DNA of 63,142 bases, filler included. It is 5 parts of 5 records of this genome, joined end to end, with 100 filler letters (N's around TTAATTAATTAA, not from the genome) between each part and the next. Parts side by side here need not be neighbours in the genome. Positions count along the whole stretch, not along the records: positions 10,691 to 30,771 come from DRR723986_7275; 4 more parts are not named here. One strand, given 5' to 3'. The notes below the pieces were generated by a model, which ran no database searches, had not been told where the DNA came from, and saw only the letters and a list, made by a program, of their open reading frames with translations. The position numbers were made by a program, and so were the translations under genes. Shown here in pieces: positions 17,903 to 27,785 of the stretch. Every line of letters begins with the position of its first letter. Within the stretch, counting starts at the first letter, position 1.

Positions 17903-18616
17903 ATGTTGAAAATTTTGAGTGTGGCCGTTTTAGCGCTGGGTCTGGCTGGCTGTTCCAAAGTGGGTGGGGGTGAATACTTTCCGCTGGATGAGGGGATGCA
18001 GTGGAATTACAAACTCGATTTTGTGATGCCCGATGGCAAAAACAAAAAAGATTTGATGATCCGCAGCGTCGGGCAGTCCAGTTTCAAAACGGAGGACGAT
18101 GAAATCCAGGGTATTGTGCGTCGGACGTCAGACGGTACGGATTACTTCGTGCAAGAGCGTGATGACGGCTTTTACCGCGTTGGAAAGCGTGTGATTGTAC
18201 AGACCAAACCGCAAGCGGATCCTTCTCCTCGCCTGATACTGCCCAAGGGGCGAAACCTGCGGGTTGGGTACACCTGGACCATGGACACCAGCCCCTACGT
18301 GATGCACTGGATGCCGCCCTTCATTGAGGCCAATGCCAGCATTAAACCATTCGATTTGGTGTATGAAGTGGCCTCTTTGGATGACACGGTAGAAACACCT
18401 GCCGGCATTTTCGAGAAATGCGTTCGATTGGAGGCTACCGGCAAAATGGTTTTTTACGCCGATGCCAGTGCAGGCTATCAGGAAATCCTGATCAACCACA
18501 GCGAGTGGTATGCACCCGGTGTGGGTTTGGTGAAGCTGGAGCGCGATGAGCCTTTGGACACCAGCATCATGAAAGGGGGCAAGGTGACCATGGTGCTCAG
18601 CAGTTTTAGCCACTGA
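17903..18616 (+). CDS. Lipoprotein with a predicted beta-rich domain (DUF3108-like)
   Basis: Lipobox LAGC; YFPL..G..W.Y; VETPAGIFEKC; EWYAPGVGLVK. Confidence 0.8.
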   Translation: MLKILSVAVLALGLAGCSKVGGGEYFPLDEGMQWNYKLDFVMPDGKNKKDLMIRSVGQSSFKTEDDEIQGIVRRTSDGTDYFVQERDDGFYRVGKRVIVQTKPQADPSPRLILPKGRNLRVGYTWTMDTSPYVMHWMPPFIEANASIKPFDLVYEVASLDDTVETPAGIFEKCVRLEATGKMVFYADASAGYQEILINHSEWYAPGVGLVKLERDEPLDTSIMKGGKVTMVLSSFSH

Positions 18617-18623
18617 GATTCTC

Positions 18624-18647
18624 CCGGCGACGCCCCCCGCCGGTTTT
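18624..18647 (+). terminator. Rho-independent terminator closing the receptor cluster
   Basis: CCGGCG-N8-CGCCGG followed by TTTT between convergent genes. Confidence 0.55.
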
Positions 18648-19185
18648 ACTTGTTGAACAGTCCCTCAAGCACTTGATCGCAGAAGCGTTCACGCTTCTCG
18701 CCGTTGCCGGTCACTGTGCAATGTTCAATTAAAACCTGGTCTCCCACAATGCTGTGTGACTCCACACGGTCTGCGTAAAGCAGAATTTCTTCGGTGTCCA
18801 GACTGAACTTGGAATCCAGATCCATCTGGTTCAAATCGGGTCTGCGCCAGTGCACTGTGAAAAGTGGCTGGTTTTGAAACACCTCACCTTTCTGGTTCTG
18901 TAGTTCTGTCACCGCTTGTACCGACAGCATGGGGTGGCTGTTGAACTCTTGCGGGTAATGGCGTTTCATTTCGCGCATGATGTTGTAAGCGTCAGTTGCA
19001 AACAGGGTCACGATTCGATTGCGCGTGACGAAGGTGAGCTGCTCAGTATTCAACCCGCGAATTTCCACAATATTGCCATTGGCCATTTTGTCCATCGACT
19101 CGGGGGGTGGTGGGCTACATGCTGCCAGCAGGGTTGCACAGGCCAGTAGCGTGGCGTGTTGAAAGTGGCGCAACGTAAGGCGCAT
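18646..19185 (-). CDS. Hypothetical lipoprotein
   Basis: LLAAC lipobox followed by SPPPP; GGAGA RBS upstream. Confidence 0.7.
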   Translation of the reverse strand: MRLTLRHFQHATLLACATLLAACSPPPPESMDKMANGNIVEIRGLNTEQLTFVTRNRIVTLFATDAYNIMREMKRHYPQEFNSHPMLSVQAVTELQNQKGEVFQNQPLFTVHWRRPDLNQMDLDSKFSLDTEEILLYADRVESHSIVGDQVLIEHCTVTGNGEKRERFCDQVLEGLFNK

Positions 19186-19260
19186 TCATGGTCTCCGGTT
19201 TGGTGTTGTTGTGCCAGCAGTATAGGGTGTAAATGTTGTCACCTGGCTTACATCATGCGC

Positions 19261-22200
19261 TTACTTTCGGCAAAGCTTGCGCAACGCGAATTCCAGTTCG
19301 GCCGGTTTGGGTGGTTTGGCCATAATCATGTCGACTTGTGGTACTTCTTCCTGGCTGAGTGACATTTGCTTACCCCAGCCCGTCAGCATCAGGACTGGCG
19401 TGGTTGGGCTTAAGGACTTGATCATTTCGGCCAGCTCTTTTCCGTCCATTTCCGGCATGCCCAAATCGGTGATGACTGCGTCGAATGGTTTGCCTTTTCG
19501 AGCAGCTTCATTGAATACTTGAGCAGCGCGCGCACCGCTGCTCGCTGCCTGAATTTGGTGATCGCTCATTTCAAGAATGGCAGTCAGGGCGGCCAACACA
19601 TTTGGATCATCATCCACCAACAGCAAGTTGAAGGGGCCCGCGGTATCGGAATGGGCCTCTGTGTTAGCCATTGGACTCACCACAGAATCATTGGTCACCG
19701 GCACCGGGAAGTACAAACTCACCGTCGTACCTTTCCCGGGCTCGCTGTGTATTTCCATGAAGCCGTCAGCCCGTTGCACAATCCCGTAAACCATGGACAA
19801 ACCCAAGCCCGTGCCTCGTTCGCCCTTGGTGGTGAAGAATGGCTCGAAGCATCGCGCCTGCTGGTCTTGAGTCATGCCGATGCCGTTGTCTTGCAGGTTG
19901 ATGAATACCTGGGGACCGGAATTGATCTCCCTGAATCCGGTTTTCAACAGGATTTGGCCGCCTTTGGGCAGGGCGTCCACTGCATTCAGGATGAGGTTGG
20001 TCAGTATCTCGCGCAGCTCTGTTTCCGACAAAGCCAGCCTCGGCAAGGGGCTACCTAGTTCGTGGGCGATGCGAATTGCGATTCCATTGCGAAGCGCCAT
20101 GTCGCCCCAGCGTGGTCGGGTCAATTCAATCGCCTCCAGGCACATGTCGTTGACATCGCACTGATTGGCTGGTTCAAGTTCACTTTTGGATCGGGCAAAA
20201 CGCCCCATGCGGTCTACGGTATTGCTAACGTCATCAATTGCGGTCTGAACAATGCGCAGTTGCTTGTAGCCTTTTTCGCTGAGGTTTTTCTCATTTTCCA
20301 GCAAGGACTCCAGATACAGTGTGGCGGGCGAAATGGCGTTGTTGATGTCATGGGCAATACCGCTGGCCATGCCCGCCAGTGCGTGAAGCCTTTCTTGTTG
20401 CAAGACCATGTTTTGCGTGGATTGCAGTTCCCGGTAGGCTTCCTGAAGTTCATTCAGCAATTCCACCTGCGACAAAGCCACAGCCACATGTTCGCTTAAC
20501 TGGTCAACAAACTCGATTTCTTCACTCGAGAATGCGTCAATTTCCGTGCGTGAAATCACGAGAATACCCAGAACTTCATCGCCTTTCATCAATGGGTTAA
20601 TGATCAGGCTGTACAAGCCACCGAGTGTGTTCATGGCTGCACCGATGGGCCCGCGCGTTTCGCCCATGTTCGCGTTGTGCACCCGCTTGCCCTGAAGCGC
20701 AACTTCCAGATGAACCCCATGCCCCTTCACCTGTGCGCCAACAAACAATCCCAGTTTGTCGGCCAGAGCCTGGCTGCGATTGCCTACCGAGCGCACGACC
20801 AGCATATTGTTTGCGCTGTTGTATGTGGCCATCAGGCTGAAGTCGGAGGGTAGACGTTCTTCAACATGATTCACCACCACGTTGTAAATCGAATCCAGGC
20901 TTTGGCGATGACTGATGGCCCGGGTAATTTGATTCAGTAGTTGCATGCGGGCCAGTTGAGCCTGGCTCTCGCGTTTGGACTGAACCAGCCCGTTCATATT
21001 CTGTTCAAGAATGTCCTGGCGAATTTTTTGTTCGGTGATGTCACGTTGAATACCGATCCAGTGGGTGCACTTGCCCAGTGAGTCGATCATGGGGACGATC
21101 TCGACATCAACCCACATTTTCTCGCCGTCTTTGGTGTACGTGATCAATTCTTCCCGCACGGCTTCCTGACGGGAAAGGGCATCGCGGATTCTGTTTTTTG
21201 CATCGGGCTGCGTTTCTTCACCCTCAAGCACGGCTGGCGTTTGTCCGTAAATTTCTTCACGGCTGTAGCCTGTGCGTTCCAGAAACGCCTTGTTCACGTA
21301 CTGAATTTTCATGCCGCCCGATTCGAAGGGCTCCGCGTCGGTGACCAGCACCATGTCATTGAGCCGTTCGAGGCAGGTTTGCAACAGGCGCAGGCTTTCC
21401 ATGGTTTTGGCTTTTTCAATGCCGTTGATCAGGTTGTCCAATGCCATGGATCGGTTGCGCGCGACGGTGTCGAGCAGATGAACCATTTCGTCACTGAAGA
21501 AATAGCTTTCATCGCCCATGTACACCAGGCCGGAATGCAGACGACCGTTTAGGTGCAGTGGAATGATCGCCATGGATTCAAAACCACGCGCAAGTGCCTC
21601 TTCCAACCAGTGTTTGGCCATGGGTTCATTGCGCAAATCATCGATCACATACACCTGGCCAGTGCGTAATTTTTGCAGTAAAGGCGAGTCGGGTCTGATC
21701 GCCAGTTTGGACATGATGGTGGTCACAAAATCGGTGTCACGACCGCCTTTTGCCGCAACTGTGAATTCGAGTGTTTCCCGCTTGAAGTCCACCACCCACA
21801 CCAATGGTATTTTTGCCAAGCGGGGTGCGGCTTCACAAATTTCGTCGTACATGGCCTGGGCACTGTCGAATGCCGAAATTCGCTGGTTGATGTGGTTCTG
21901 TGCCAGCAAAGCGCCATTGATTCGTTCCATCATGACGTCTTTTTTCCGCTGCTCCGTGATGTCCTGAATACAGCCGTGAATTCTGGCAGGCTTGTTGTCT
22001 GCGTCTTTCATGACCTCACCGACGATACGCGCCCAAATTCGCCGCTTCTTGAAGGTGTTCATTTGAACCACAATGTCAAAAGACTGACCGTGATTCTTTG
22101 CATTGTCGATCGCCTCGGCGATTACTTTTTTGTAATGCCCCACATACAGAGCCATGCCTTGTTCCAGGGTGGGTATCTGGTCAAAGTCGTGGTCGAGAAG

Positions 22201-23508
22201 CAGGAAGATTTCCTCTGACCAATACACCGCGTCGTTGTTCATCAAATCAATTGCCCACCCGCCCAGCTTGCCAATTTGTCCGCCCAGGCGTTGAAGCGTC
22301 ATGTTGAACTTCAACGCCTCCAGAGCATGCTGTTGTTCCAGAAGTTCATCAGGTGCCTTCTCGGTGATGGTTTGAGTGTGGCTTATGTCATTGTTGTGCG
22401 CGTGGCGCGGTAAAAGGATTGTGAACTCTGCGCCCTCGCCGGGCTTGCTCTTGGCTTCAATTTTCCCGTGGTGTCGCTCGACAATTTTTTTCACATTGGC
22501 CAAGCCCATGCCATGGCCCTGATAGTCATGCTGGTTGTGCAGGCGTTGAAAGGGCTTGAACAACTGACTTGAAAGTTCGGGATCGAAACCAACCCCGTTG
22601 TCTTTTACAGTGATGCTCAACTGATCATCGGTTTCGCAAACATCAACCTCAATTTCGGGATGTGTGTTTTTACTGCTGAACTTCAATGCATTTGAAAACA
22701 GATTCAGAAAAACCTGCTCGAGCAAGGCCTCATCGCCCTGGATCACCGGCAGGGGTTTGACCCGCCAGTTGGGCCTTGGTCCATCACTTTCCAGCTCAGA
22801 CAATATTCTTGCGCGCGACACCACGTCTGCCAGATTGACCTGATTGAAATTCAGTTCAGAATCCCCGAGACGAGCAAAGGCCAGAAGGTCAGAAACCAGC
22901 TTGCTGCCACGGTCACTGCTTTCCTTGATGCGTTGTATGTGCAGCCATTCCTGAGGTGTAAAGCTGCTGCTGGAGCGACTGCTCAAGCTGGTGGCGTAAC
23001 CTTGAATCAGGTGCATGACTGAATTCAGGTCGTGCGCGACGCGGGCGGCAAAGCTGTCAAGCTCGGAGTTCAACTCGGTCAGGCGCCGATTGGCCGCAGT
23101 GACTTTGTCGAGCAGGGTGGCATTTTGTAGCCTGAGTTGACGGGTTTCCAGCGCACGTCGAATGACTGGCGCAATTTCAGCAAACTTGAATGGCTTGAGA
23201 ATGTAGTCGAGTACACCCATTTGCATGGCTTCGACCGCCGTTTCCATGCTGCCGTGGCCAGTCATTAAAATGGCGCTCAGGTCTGGTGAAATTTTCAGCG
23301 CTTCGCGAATCAGCTCGGTGCCGCTTAAGCAGGGCAGGCGTAGATCGGTCAGCAGCAAGTCGCAAGGCTGCTCGCGCAGCGCATTTAAAGCCTCCCTGGC
23401 GTTCGAAAAGCCCGTGACAACATACCCTTCCTGCTCCAGAAGGGTGCTTAATGCTTCTCTTTGTAGGGTTTCATCGTCAACCACATACAGGCGTGCCGAC
23501 AGGTTCAT
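19261..23508 (-). CDS. Cytoplasmic hybrid kinase REC-HisKA-HATPase-PAS-GAF-PAS-GAF-HisKA-HATPase-REC
   Basis: REC VVDDE..TDLRLP..KP; H-box 1 VAHDLNS with NLFSNALKF and GHGMGL; H-box 2 IAHDINN with NLILNAVDA and PFFTTKGERGTGLGL; C-terminal REC TDLGMP. Confidence 0.93.
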   Translation of the reverse strand: MNLSARLYVVDDETLQREALSTLLEQEGYVVTGFSNAREALNALREQPCDLLLTDLRLPCLSGTELIREALKISPDLSAILMTGHGSMETAVEAMQMGVLDYILKPFKFAEIAPVIRRALETRQLRLQNATLLDKVTAANRRLTELNSELDSFAARVAHDLNSVMHLIQGYATSLSSRSSSSFTPQEWLHIQRIKESSDRGSKLVSDLLAFARLGDSELNFNQVNLADVVSRARILSELESDGPRPNWRVKPLPVIQGDEALLEQVFLNLFSNALKFSSKNTHPEIEVDVCETDDQLSITVKDNGVGFDPELSSQLFKPFQRLHNQHDYQGHGMGLANVKKIVERHHGKIEAKSKPGEGAEFTILLPRHAHNNDISHTQTITEKAPDELLEQQHALEALKFNMTLQRLGGQIGKLGGWAIDLMNNDAVYWSEEIFLLLDHDFDQIPTLEQGMALYVGHYKKVIAEAIDNAKNHGQSFDIVVQMNTFKKRRIWARIVGEVMKDADNKPARIHGCIQDITEQRKKDVMMERINGALLAQNHINQRISAFDSAQAMYDEICEAAPRLAKIPLVWVVDFKRETLEFTVAAKGGRDTDFVTTIMSKLAIRPDSPLLQKLRTGQVYVIDDLRNEPMAKHWLEEALARGFESMAIIPLHLNGRLHSGLVYMGDESYFFSDEMVHLLDTVARNRSMALDNLINGIEKAKTMESLRLLQTCLERLNDMVLVTDAEPFESGGMKIQYVNKAFLERTGYSREEIYGQTPAVLEGEETQPDAKNRIRDALSRQEAVREELITYTKDGEKMWVDVEIVPMIDSLGKCTHWIGIQRDITEQKIRQDILEQNMNGLVQSKRESQAQLARMQLLNQITRAISHRQSLDSIYNVVVNHVEERLPSDFSLMATYNSANNMLVVRSVGNRSQALADKLGLFVGAQVKGHGVHLEVALQGKRVHNANMGETRGPIGAAMNTLGGLYSLIINPLMKGDEVLGILVISRTEIDAFSSEEIEFVDQLSEHVAVALSQVELLNELQEAYRELQSTQNMVLQQERLHALAGMASGIAHDINNAISPATLYLESLLENEKNLSEKGYKQLRIVQTAIDDVSNTVDRMGRFARSKSELEPANQCDVNDMCLEAIELTRPRWGDMALRNGIAIRIAHELGSPLPRLALSETELREILTNLILNAVDALPKGGQILLKTGFREINSGPQVFINLQDNGIGMTQDQQARCFEPFFTTKGERGTGLGLSMVYGIVQRADGFMEIHSEPGKGTTVSLYFPVPVTNDSVVSPMANTEAHSDTAGPFNLLLVDDDPNVLAALTAILEMSDHQIQAASSGARAAQVFNEAARKGKPFDAVITDLGMPEMDGKELAEMIKSLSPTTPVLMLTGWGKQMSLSQEEVPQVDMIMAKPPKPAELEFALRKLCRK

Positions 23509-23587
23509 GGAGGCTCCTGCACTTTTTCTCTACTTTGCACGATGGTATCGAATTTAACGATATTTCACGATAGCCTTTTTGGAGCCC

Positions 23588-24193
23588 CTAGGCCTGTAGT
23601 TCTTTCTCCACGTAATGTCCGGCCATATCGGCCAAACCTTTGGCCAGGTCATCAAAAGAGAAGCTTGGGTTGGGGTGATTCAAGTAGCGAATCATGGTGG
23701 CAATGCCGCTATTGATGAAGATGTAGGTCATCGTCTGAAGATTGTTCAATCGCAGTATTTCAGGGTGTTTGATGGCGTGCTGAACAAACAGATCGCCCAG
23801 CGCGCGATAAATCGGGCCGAAAGGAACATGCTTCTCCATCAAGGCCGATTCACGGGCACAGCGCAGGTAAAGTTCGTCGTCTTTTCTCAGAAACTGAGCA
23901 GTTTGAGCGATCAGTTCATACACAGCATCGCGCAGCGAAAGCCGAACAACGTTGCTGGTTGCACCCTGAATGACCCCCACCATTTCCTTTGAAAAGCGCT
24001 CGCCCATGGCGCTGAAAATCGCCTCTTTGTTTTCAAAGTACTCGTAAATCGAGCCTACCCCTACACCGGCATATTCCGCGATTTGCCGAGTTGTTGCGCC
24101 TTCCGCACCATGTTTGGCCAAGGCAATGAACGCGCCTTGAACAATGGTTTCTACCGTGTTCTGGGAGCGGGTCTGTTTGGGTTTTCTGGTCAT
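23588..24193 (-). CDS. TetR family transcriptional regulator
   Basis: PKQTRSQNTVETI...TTRQIAEYAGVGVGSIYEYFENKEAI helix-turn-helix. Confidence 0.93.
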   Translation of the reverse strand: MTRKPKQTRSQNTVETIVQGAFIALAKHGAEGATTRQIAEYAGVGVGSIYEYFENKEAIFSAMGERFSKEMVGVIQGATSNVVRLSLRDAVYELIAQTAQFLRKDDELYLRCARESALMEKHVPFGPIYRALGDLFVQHAIKHPEILRLNNLQTMTYIFINSGIATMIRYLNHPNPSFSFDDLAKGLADMAGHYVEKELQA

Positions 24194-24213
24194 GAATAAA
24201 TCCGAATTGAATC

Positions 24214-24227
24214 CGAACAAACGTTCG
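24214..24227. promoter_or_regulatory. Candidate TetR operator CGAAC-N4-GTTCG
   Basis: Palindrome in the short divergent tetR/SDR intergenic region; extra ATCCGAA half-site at 24200. Confidence 0.5.
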
Positions 24228-24286
24228 TTTTAAGATGACATTGTTCAATGTCACGGTCGCTATGTCAAGCGCAACAGGATTCAACC

Positions 24287-25174
24287 ATGTTTGGAAAGAA
24301 GATTACCAAGGGTGCCAACGCAGTGGTCACCGGCGCGGGCAGCGGCATTGGCCGCGCTTTCGCGCTTGAAATTGTTCGTCGCGGTGGTCGCGTGGTGTGT
24401 GCTGACATCAGCCTTGAACGTGCCCAGGAAACTGTGGATCTGGTTATGGACCAAGTGGCAGGCAAACTGAAGAATCCAGACCTGGTGTTCGTTCCACAAG
24501 CCTGGGCGGTGAAATGCGACGTCAGCAAACTGAAAGATGTTGAAGCTTTGGCCGATAGGGCCGAGGAATTGTTTGGTGGAACCGAGGACAACACCGCGAT
24601 TGATTTGGTGGTGAATAACGCGGGTGTAGGCGCCGGCGGTAAACCGATCGGAGAAACCACGATTGAAGACTGGAAGTGGACCCTCGGCGTGAACCTGTGG
24701 GGTGTGATTCACGGCTGCCACGTGTTTGCACCTCGCCTGCGCAAGAAAGGCGCCACTGCGAAGTGCGGCATTGTCAACGTGGCTTCCACAGCCAGTTTTG
24801 CGGCTGCCCCCTTGATGAGTGCCTACAACGTGACCAAGGCCGGTGCATTGGCGTTGAGTGAAACCCTGGCAGCTGAAATGGCCGGCACCGGTGTGAACGT
24901 GACGGCGCTGTGCCCCACCTTTGTCAAAACCAACATCACGAAAGATGGCCGGATTGATGCCGCGTCGAACCAATTGGCCAACAAGCTGATGGAGTGGACG
25001 GGGGTGTCTGCCGACGGCGTGGTGAAAGAAACATTGAATGCATTGGACAAGGGGCAGCTGTATGTGTTGCCTCAGTTGGATGCACGCATGATTTGGCGCA
25101 TGAAGCGCTTGATGCCTCGCAGCTACACGCGCGGGGCTGGTTTATTGGCCCGTGTGGCCGCCAAAGCTTTTTAA
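24287..25174 (+). CDS. Short-chain dehydrogenase/reductase
   Basis: VVTGAGSGIG, NNAG, NVAS and YNVTK catalytic motifs. Confidence 0.93.
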   Translation: MFGKKITKGANAVVTGAGSGIGRAFALEIVRRGGRVVCADISLERAQETVDLVMDQVAGKLKNPDLVFVPQAWAVKCDVSKLKDVEALADRAEELFGGTEDNTAIDLVVNNAGVGAGGKPIGETTIEDWKWTLGVNLWGVIHGCHVFAPRLRKKGATAKCGIVNVASTASFAAAPLMSAYNVTKAGALALSETLAAEMAGTGVNVTALCPTFVKTNITKDGRIDAASNQLANKLMEWTGVSADGVVKETLNALDKGQLYVLPQLDARMIWRMKRLMPRSYTRGAGLLARVAAKAF

Positions 25175-25186
25175 GGAGTACACAAA

Positions 25187-26113
25187 ATGCCTCAACTCGA
25201 TCTGGAAAAAACACTGCGCCGCATCAAGGAAAATCAATGGGCTTTGGCTGACATTGACTGGGATGCGCCAGGCCGTGAATTGATCACGGAAGAACAGTGG
25301 CCCAAGCTGAAAGCCTTTATGGCCGACCTGACCTGGATTGAACACATTGGTGCGCGTGGTTTTGCGGCCATGGCCAAAAAAGCGCCCAATGATACATTGA
25401 AAGAAATCTACACCTGGTTTCATGCCGAGGAACAGCGCCACGCCAATGCCGAACTGGCACTGATGCAACGCTGGGGCATGCTGGAAGACGGCGAAATTCC
25501 TGAGCCCAATATCAATTTGCGTTTAACGATTGAATGGTTGGACAAGTACAGCGATGACATGCCTTTGAATGTGCTGGGTAGCGTCATTCCCATGTTGGAA
25601 GTGACTCTGGATGGCGCCTTGTGCAAGTTTTTGCTGGATGAAGTGAAAGACCCGGTGTGCCACGAGGTGTTCAAGAAGATCAATGCGGACGAAGCCCGCC
25701 ACTTGGGTGTGGATTTTCATGTGCTGGAGATGCTGGGACATGGACCGATGTATCGCCTGGCACTGGAGTCCTTCGCAGCCGCCATCAACCCGAAGTTGTT
25801 GCTTGGCGTGGCGGTGTACTTCCCTTTGTTGAACCGCATGCGCGACAACATTGTGACCATGGGATTGAAAGAAGAAAAGCTGTATGAAGCCATGGCCAAG
25901 TTTGAAAAGTACGGCGGTGAAGCGCCAGAAAGTCGCCGCAACCCCTGGTATCAGCTGATGCGCCTGCACGGCCAGTGGGTGATCGATCGCAACAATCGCT
26001 TTTACCACGCACCAGTGGATGCAGCCGTGAAATTGTCCAACTACATTCCGAAAAGCTGGCTGCCCGAAGTGCCAAGCTGGGTGAACAAACTGACCTGGCA
26101 CACCACAGCTTGA
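25187..26113 (+). CDS. Ferritin-like diiron protein (AurF-like oxygenase family)
   Basis: Two ExxH motifs (EEQRH, DEARH), each preceded by a Glu-bearing helix (WIEH, MLEV). Confidence 0.8.
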   Translation: MPQLDLEKTLRRIKENQWALADIDWDAPGRELITEEQWPKLKAFMADLTWIEHIGARGFAAMAKKAPNDTLKEIYTWFHAEEQRHANAELALMQRWGMLEDGEIPEPNINLRLTIEWLDKYSDDMPLNVLGSVIPMLEVTLDGALCKFLLDEVKDPVCHEVFKKINADEARHLGVDFHVLEMLGHGPMYRLALESFAAAINPKLLLGVAVYFPLLNRMRDNIVTMGLKEEKLYEAMAKFEKYGGEAPESRRNPWYQLMRLHGQWVIDRNNRFYHAPVDAAVKLSNYIPKSWLPEVPSWVNKLTWHTTA

Positions 26114-26131
26114 ACCATGCGAGAGACCACA

Positions 26132-27706
26132 ATGACGATTGAAAATAGAAAGCCTGCGAAGGCACTGAAAGGCACCACTGCTGCGCGTACTACCGTGCGT
26201 CGAAGTTCAAGCAAAAGTGCCGCTGCAAAAAGCGGCGAGCACGTGTACGACACCTTGATTATTGGTGCTGGTTTCGCCGGCCTGGGTACTGCGATCAAGC
26301 TGCGCGAAGCGGGTGTGCACAATGTGGCCATTCTGGAGCGAGCCGCGGAAGTAGGTGGCACCTGGCGGGACAACCAATACCCAGGTGCGGCTTGTGATAT
26401 TCCTTCAAACCTGTACAGCTTTTCCTTTGCGCCCAACCCAAACTGGTCTCGCAGCTACTCGGGCAGCAAGGAAATATTGGGCTACGTGCACAGCTTGGTC
26501 GACGATTTTGGTCTGGAAAAACTAATCCAGTACCAACAGAATGTCACTCGGGTCGAGCTGGACGATGCGCAAGGCGTGTGGATGATTCACACCGACAACG
26601 GCCAAGTGTGGAAAGGCAAAACCGTGATCATGGCCAGCGGTCCTTTGGCCAACGCCAGTTTCCCCAAAATTCGTGGCATTGAGAATTTCAAGGGCAAGAA
26701 AATTCACAGCGCGCAGTGGGATCACGACTATGATTTCTCCGGCAAGCGGGTGGCAGTGATTGGTACTGGTGCCAGCGCCATACAAATCATTCCCGAGTTG
26801 GTCAAGAAAGTCGACAAGCTGAAAGTATTTCAGCGAACGCCTGCCTGGGTCATGCCTCGGCCCGATTTCTCGACCTCTGAGTTGAGCAAAAAACTGTTTG
26901 CAAAATTGCCCTTTACGCAAAAGGCGATTCGCGAAGCCTTGTACTGGACTCATGAAAGCATGGCCCTGGCTGTGATCTGGAGTTCGCCGGTAACGCGCCT
27001 TGGCGAACGCTTAGGCCAGGCATTTTTGAAATCACAAGTGCCTGACCCGTGGATGCGCAGGCAATTGAAACCCGATTACAAATTGGGTTGCAAGCGCATT
27101 TTGGTGAGCAACGATTATTACCCAGCCTTGCAAAAAGAAAATTGCGAACTGATTACCTGGCCGATAGCCAACATTGTGGAGCAGGGAATTCGTACATCAG
27201 AAGGCATTGAACACCGCGTGGATTGCATTGTGTTTGCCACTGGTTTTGATGTGCCAAAAAGTGGCACACCGTATCCAGTGCTGGGTGTGGGCGGTCGCGA
27301 ATTGGCCAAGGAATGGCAGCGCGGTGCGCAGGCTTATAAAAGTATCAATGTGAGCGGCTACCCCAACCTGTACATCATGTTTGGACCCAACAGTGGCCCC
27401 GGCCACAATTCGGCACTGGTGTACATGGAGCAGCAAATCGCTTACGCGGTGAAAGGCATTCGGACCATTCTGGATTCCAACTTGAAAATGCTGGATGTAA
27501 AGCCTGATGTGCAGGCCAGACACAATGCCGATATTCAAAAGCGATTGGCAAAAACCAACTGGAATTCCGGTTGCAAAAGCTGGTACCTGACCGAGAATGG
27601 CTTTAACGCCACCATGTTCCCCGGTTTTGCCACGCAATATGCAGCGCAAATGTCAAAGTTCGATGTGAAGGCCTACAGGCAGGTGAAAGCAGACGTAATC
27701 GCGTGA
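26132..27706 (+). CDS. Baeyer-Villiger-type flavin monooxygenase
   Basis: GAGFAG, GGTWRDNQYPGAACD, FKGKKIHSAQW fingerprint, GTGASAIQ, ATGF; start 26132 or 26117. Confidence 0.93.
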   Translation: MTIENRKPAKALKGTTAARTTVRRSSSKSAAAKSGEHVYDTLIIGAGFAGLGTAIKLREAGVHNVAILERAAEVGGTWRDNQYPGAACDIPSNLYSFSFAPNPNWSRSYSGSKEILGYVHSLVDDFGLEKLIQYQQNVTRVELDDAQGVWMIHTDNGQVWKGKTVIMASGPLANASFPKIRGIENFKGKKIHSAQWDHDYDFSGKRVAVIGTGASAIQIIPELVKKVDKLKVFQRTPAWVMPRPDFSTSELSKKLFAKLPFTQKAIREALYWTHESMALAVIWSSPVTRLGERLGQAFLKSQVPDPWMRRQLKPDYKLGCKRILVSNDYYPALQKENCELITWPIANIVEQGIRTSEGIEHRVDCIVFATGFDVPKSGTPYPVLGVGGRELAKEWQRGAQAYKSINVSGYPNLYIMFGPNSGPGHNSALVYMEQQIAYAVKGIRTILDSNLKMLDVKPDVQARHNADIQKRLAKTNWNSGCKSWYLTENGFNATMFPGFATQYAAQMSKFDVKAYRQVKADVIA

Positions 27707-27740
27707 GGCTTTGTTAATCAAGGTAGTGGGAGTAGTGCCA

Positions 27741-27775
27741 CCCCCAGTGACTCGTGACGGTCCTGGGGGCTTTTT
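27741..27775 (+). terminator. Rho-independent terminator after the BVMO gene
   Basis: CCCCCAG...CTGGGGG stem followed by C and a T tract. Confidence 0.55.
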
Positions 27776-27785
27776 AATTGAATGC

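Noticed and set aside
24214-24227. CGAAC-N4-GTTCG as a Gram-positive-type LexA SOS box
   Set aside because: The context is betaproteobacterial and the site lies between a divergent tetR and a catabolic operon, so a TetR operator is the simpler reading
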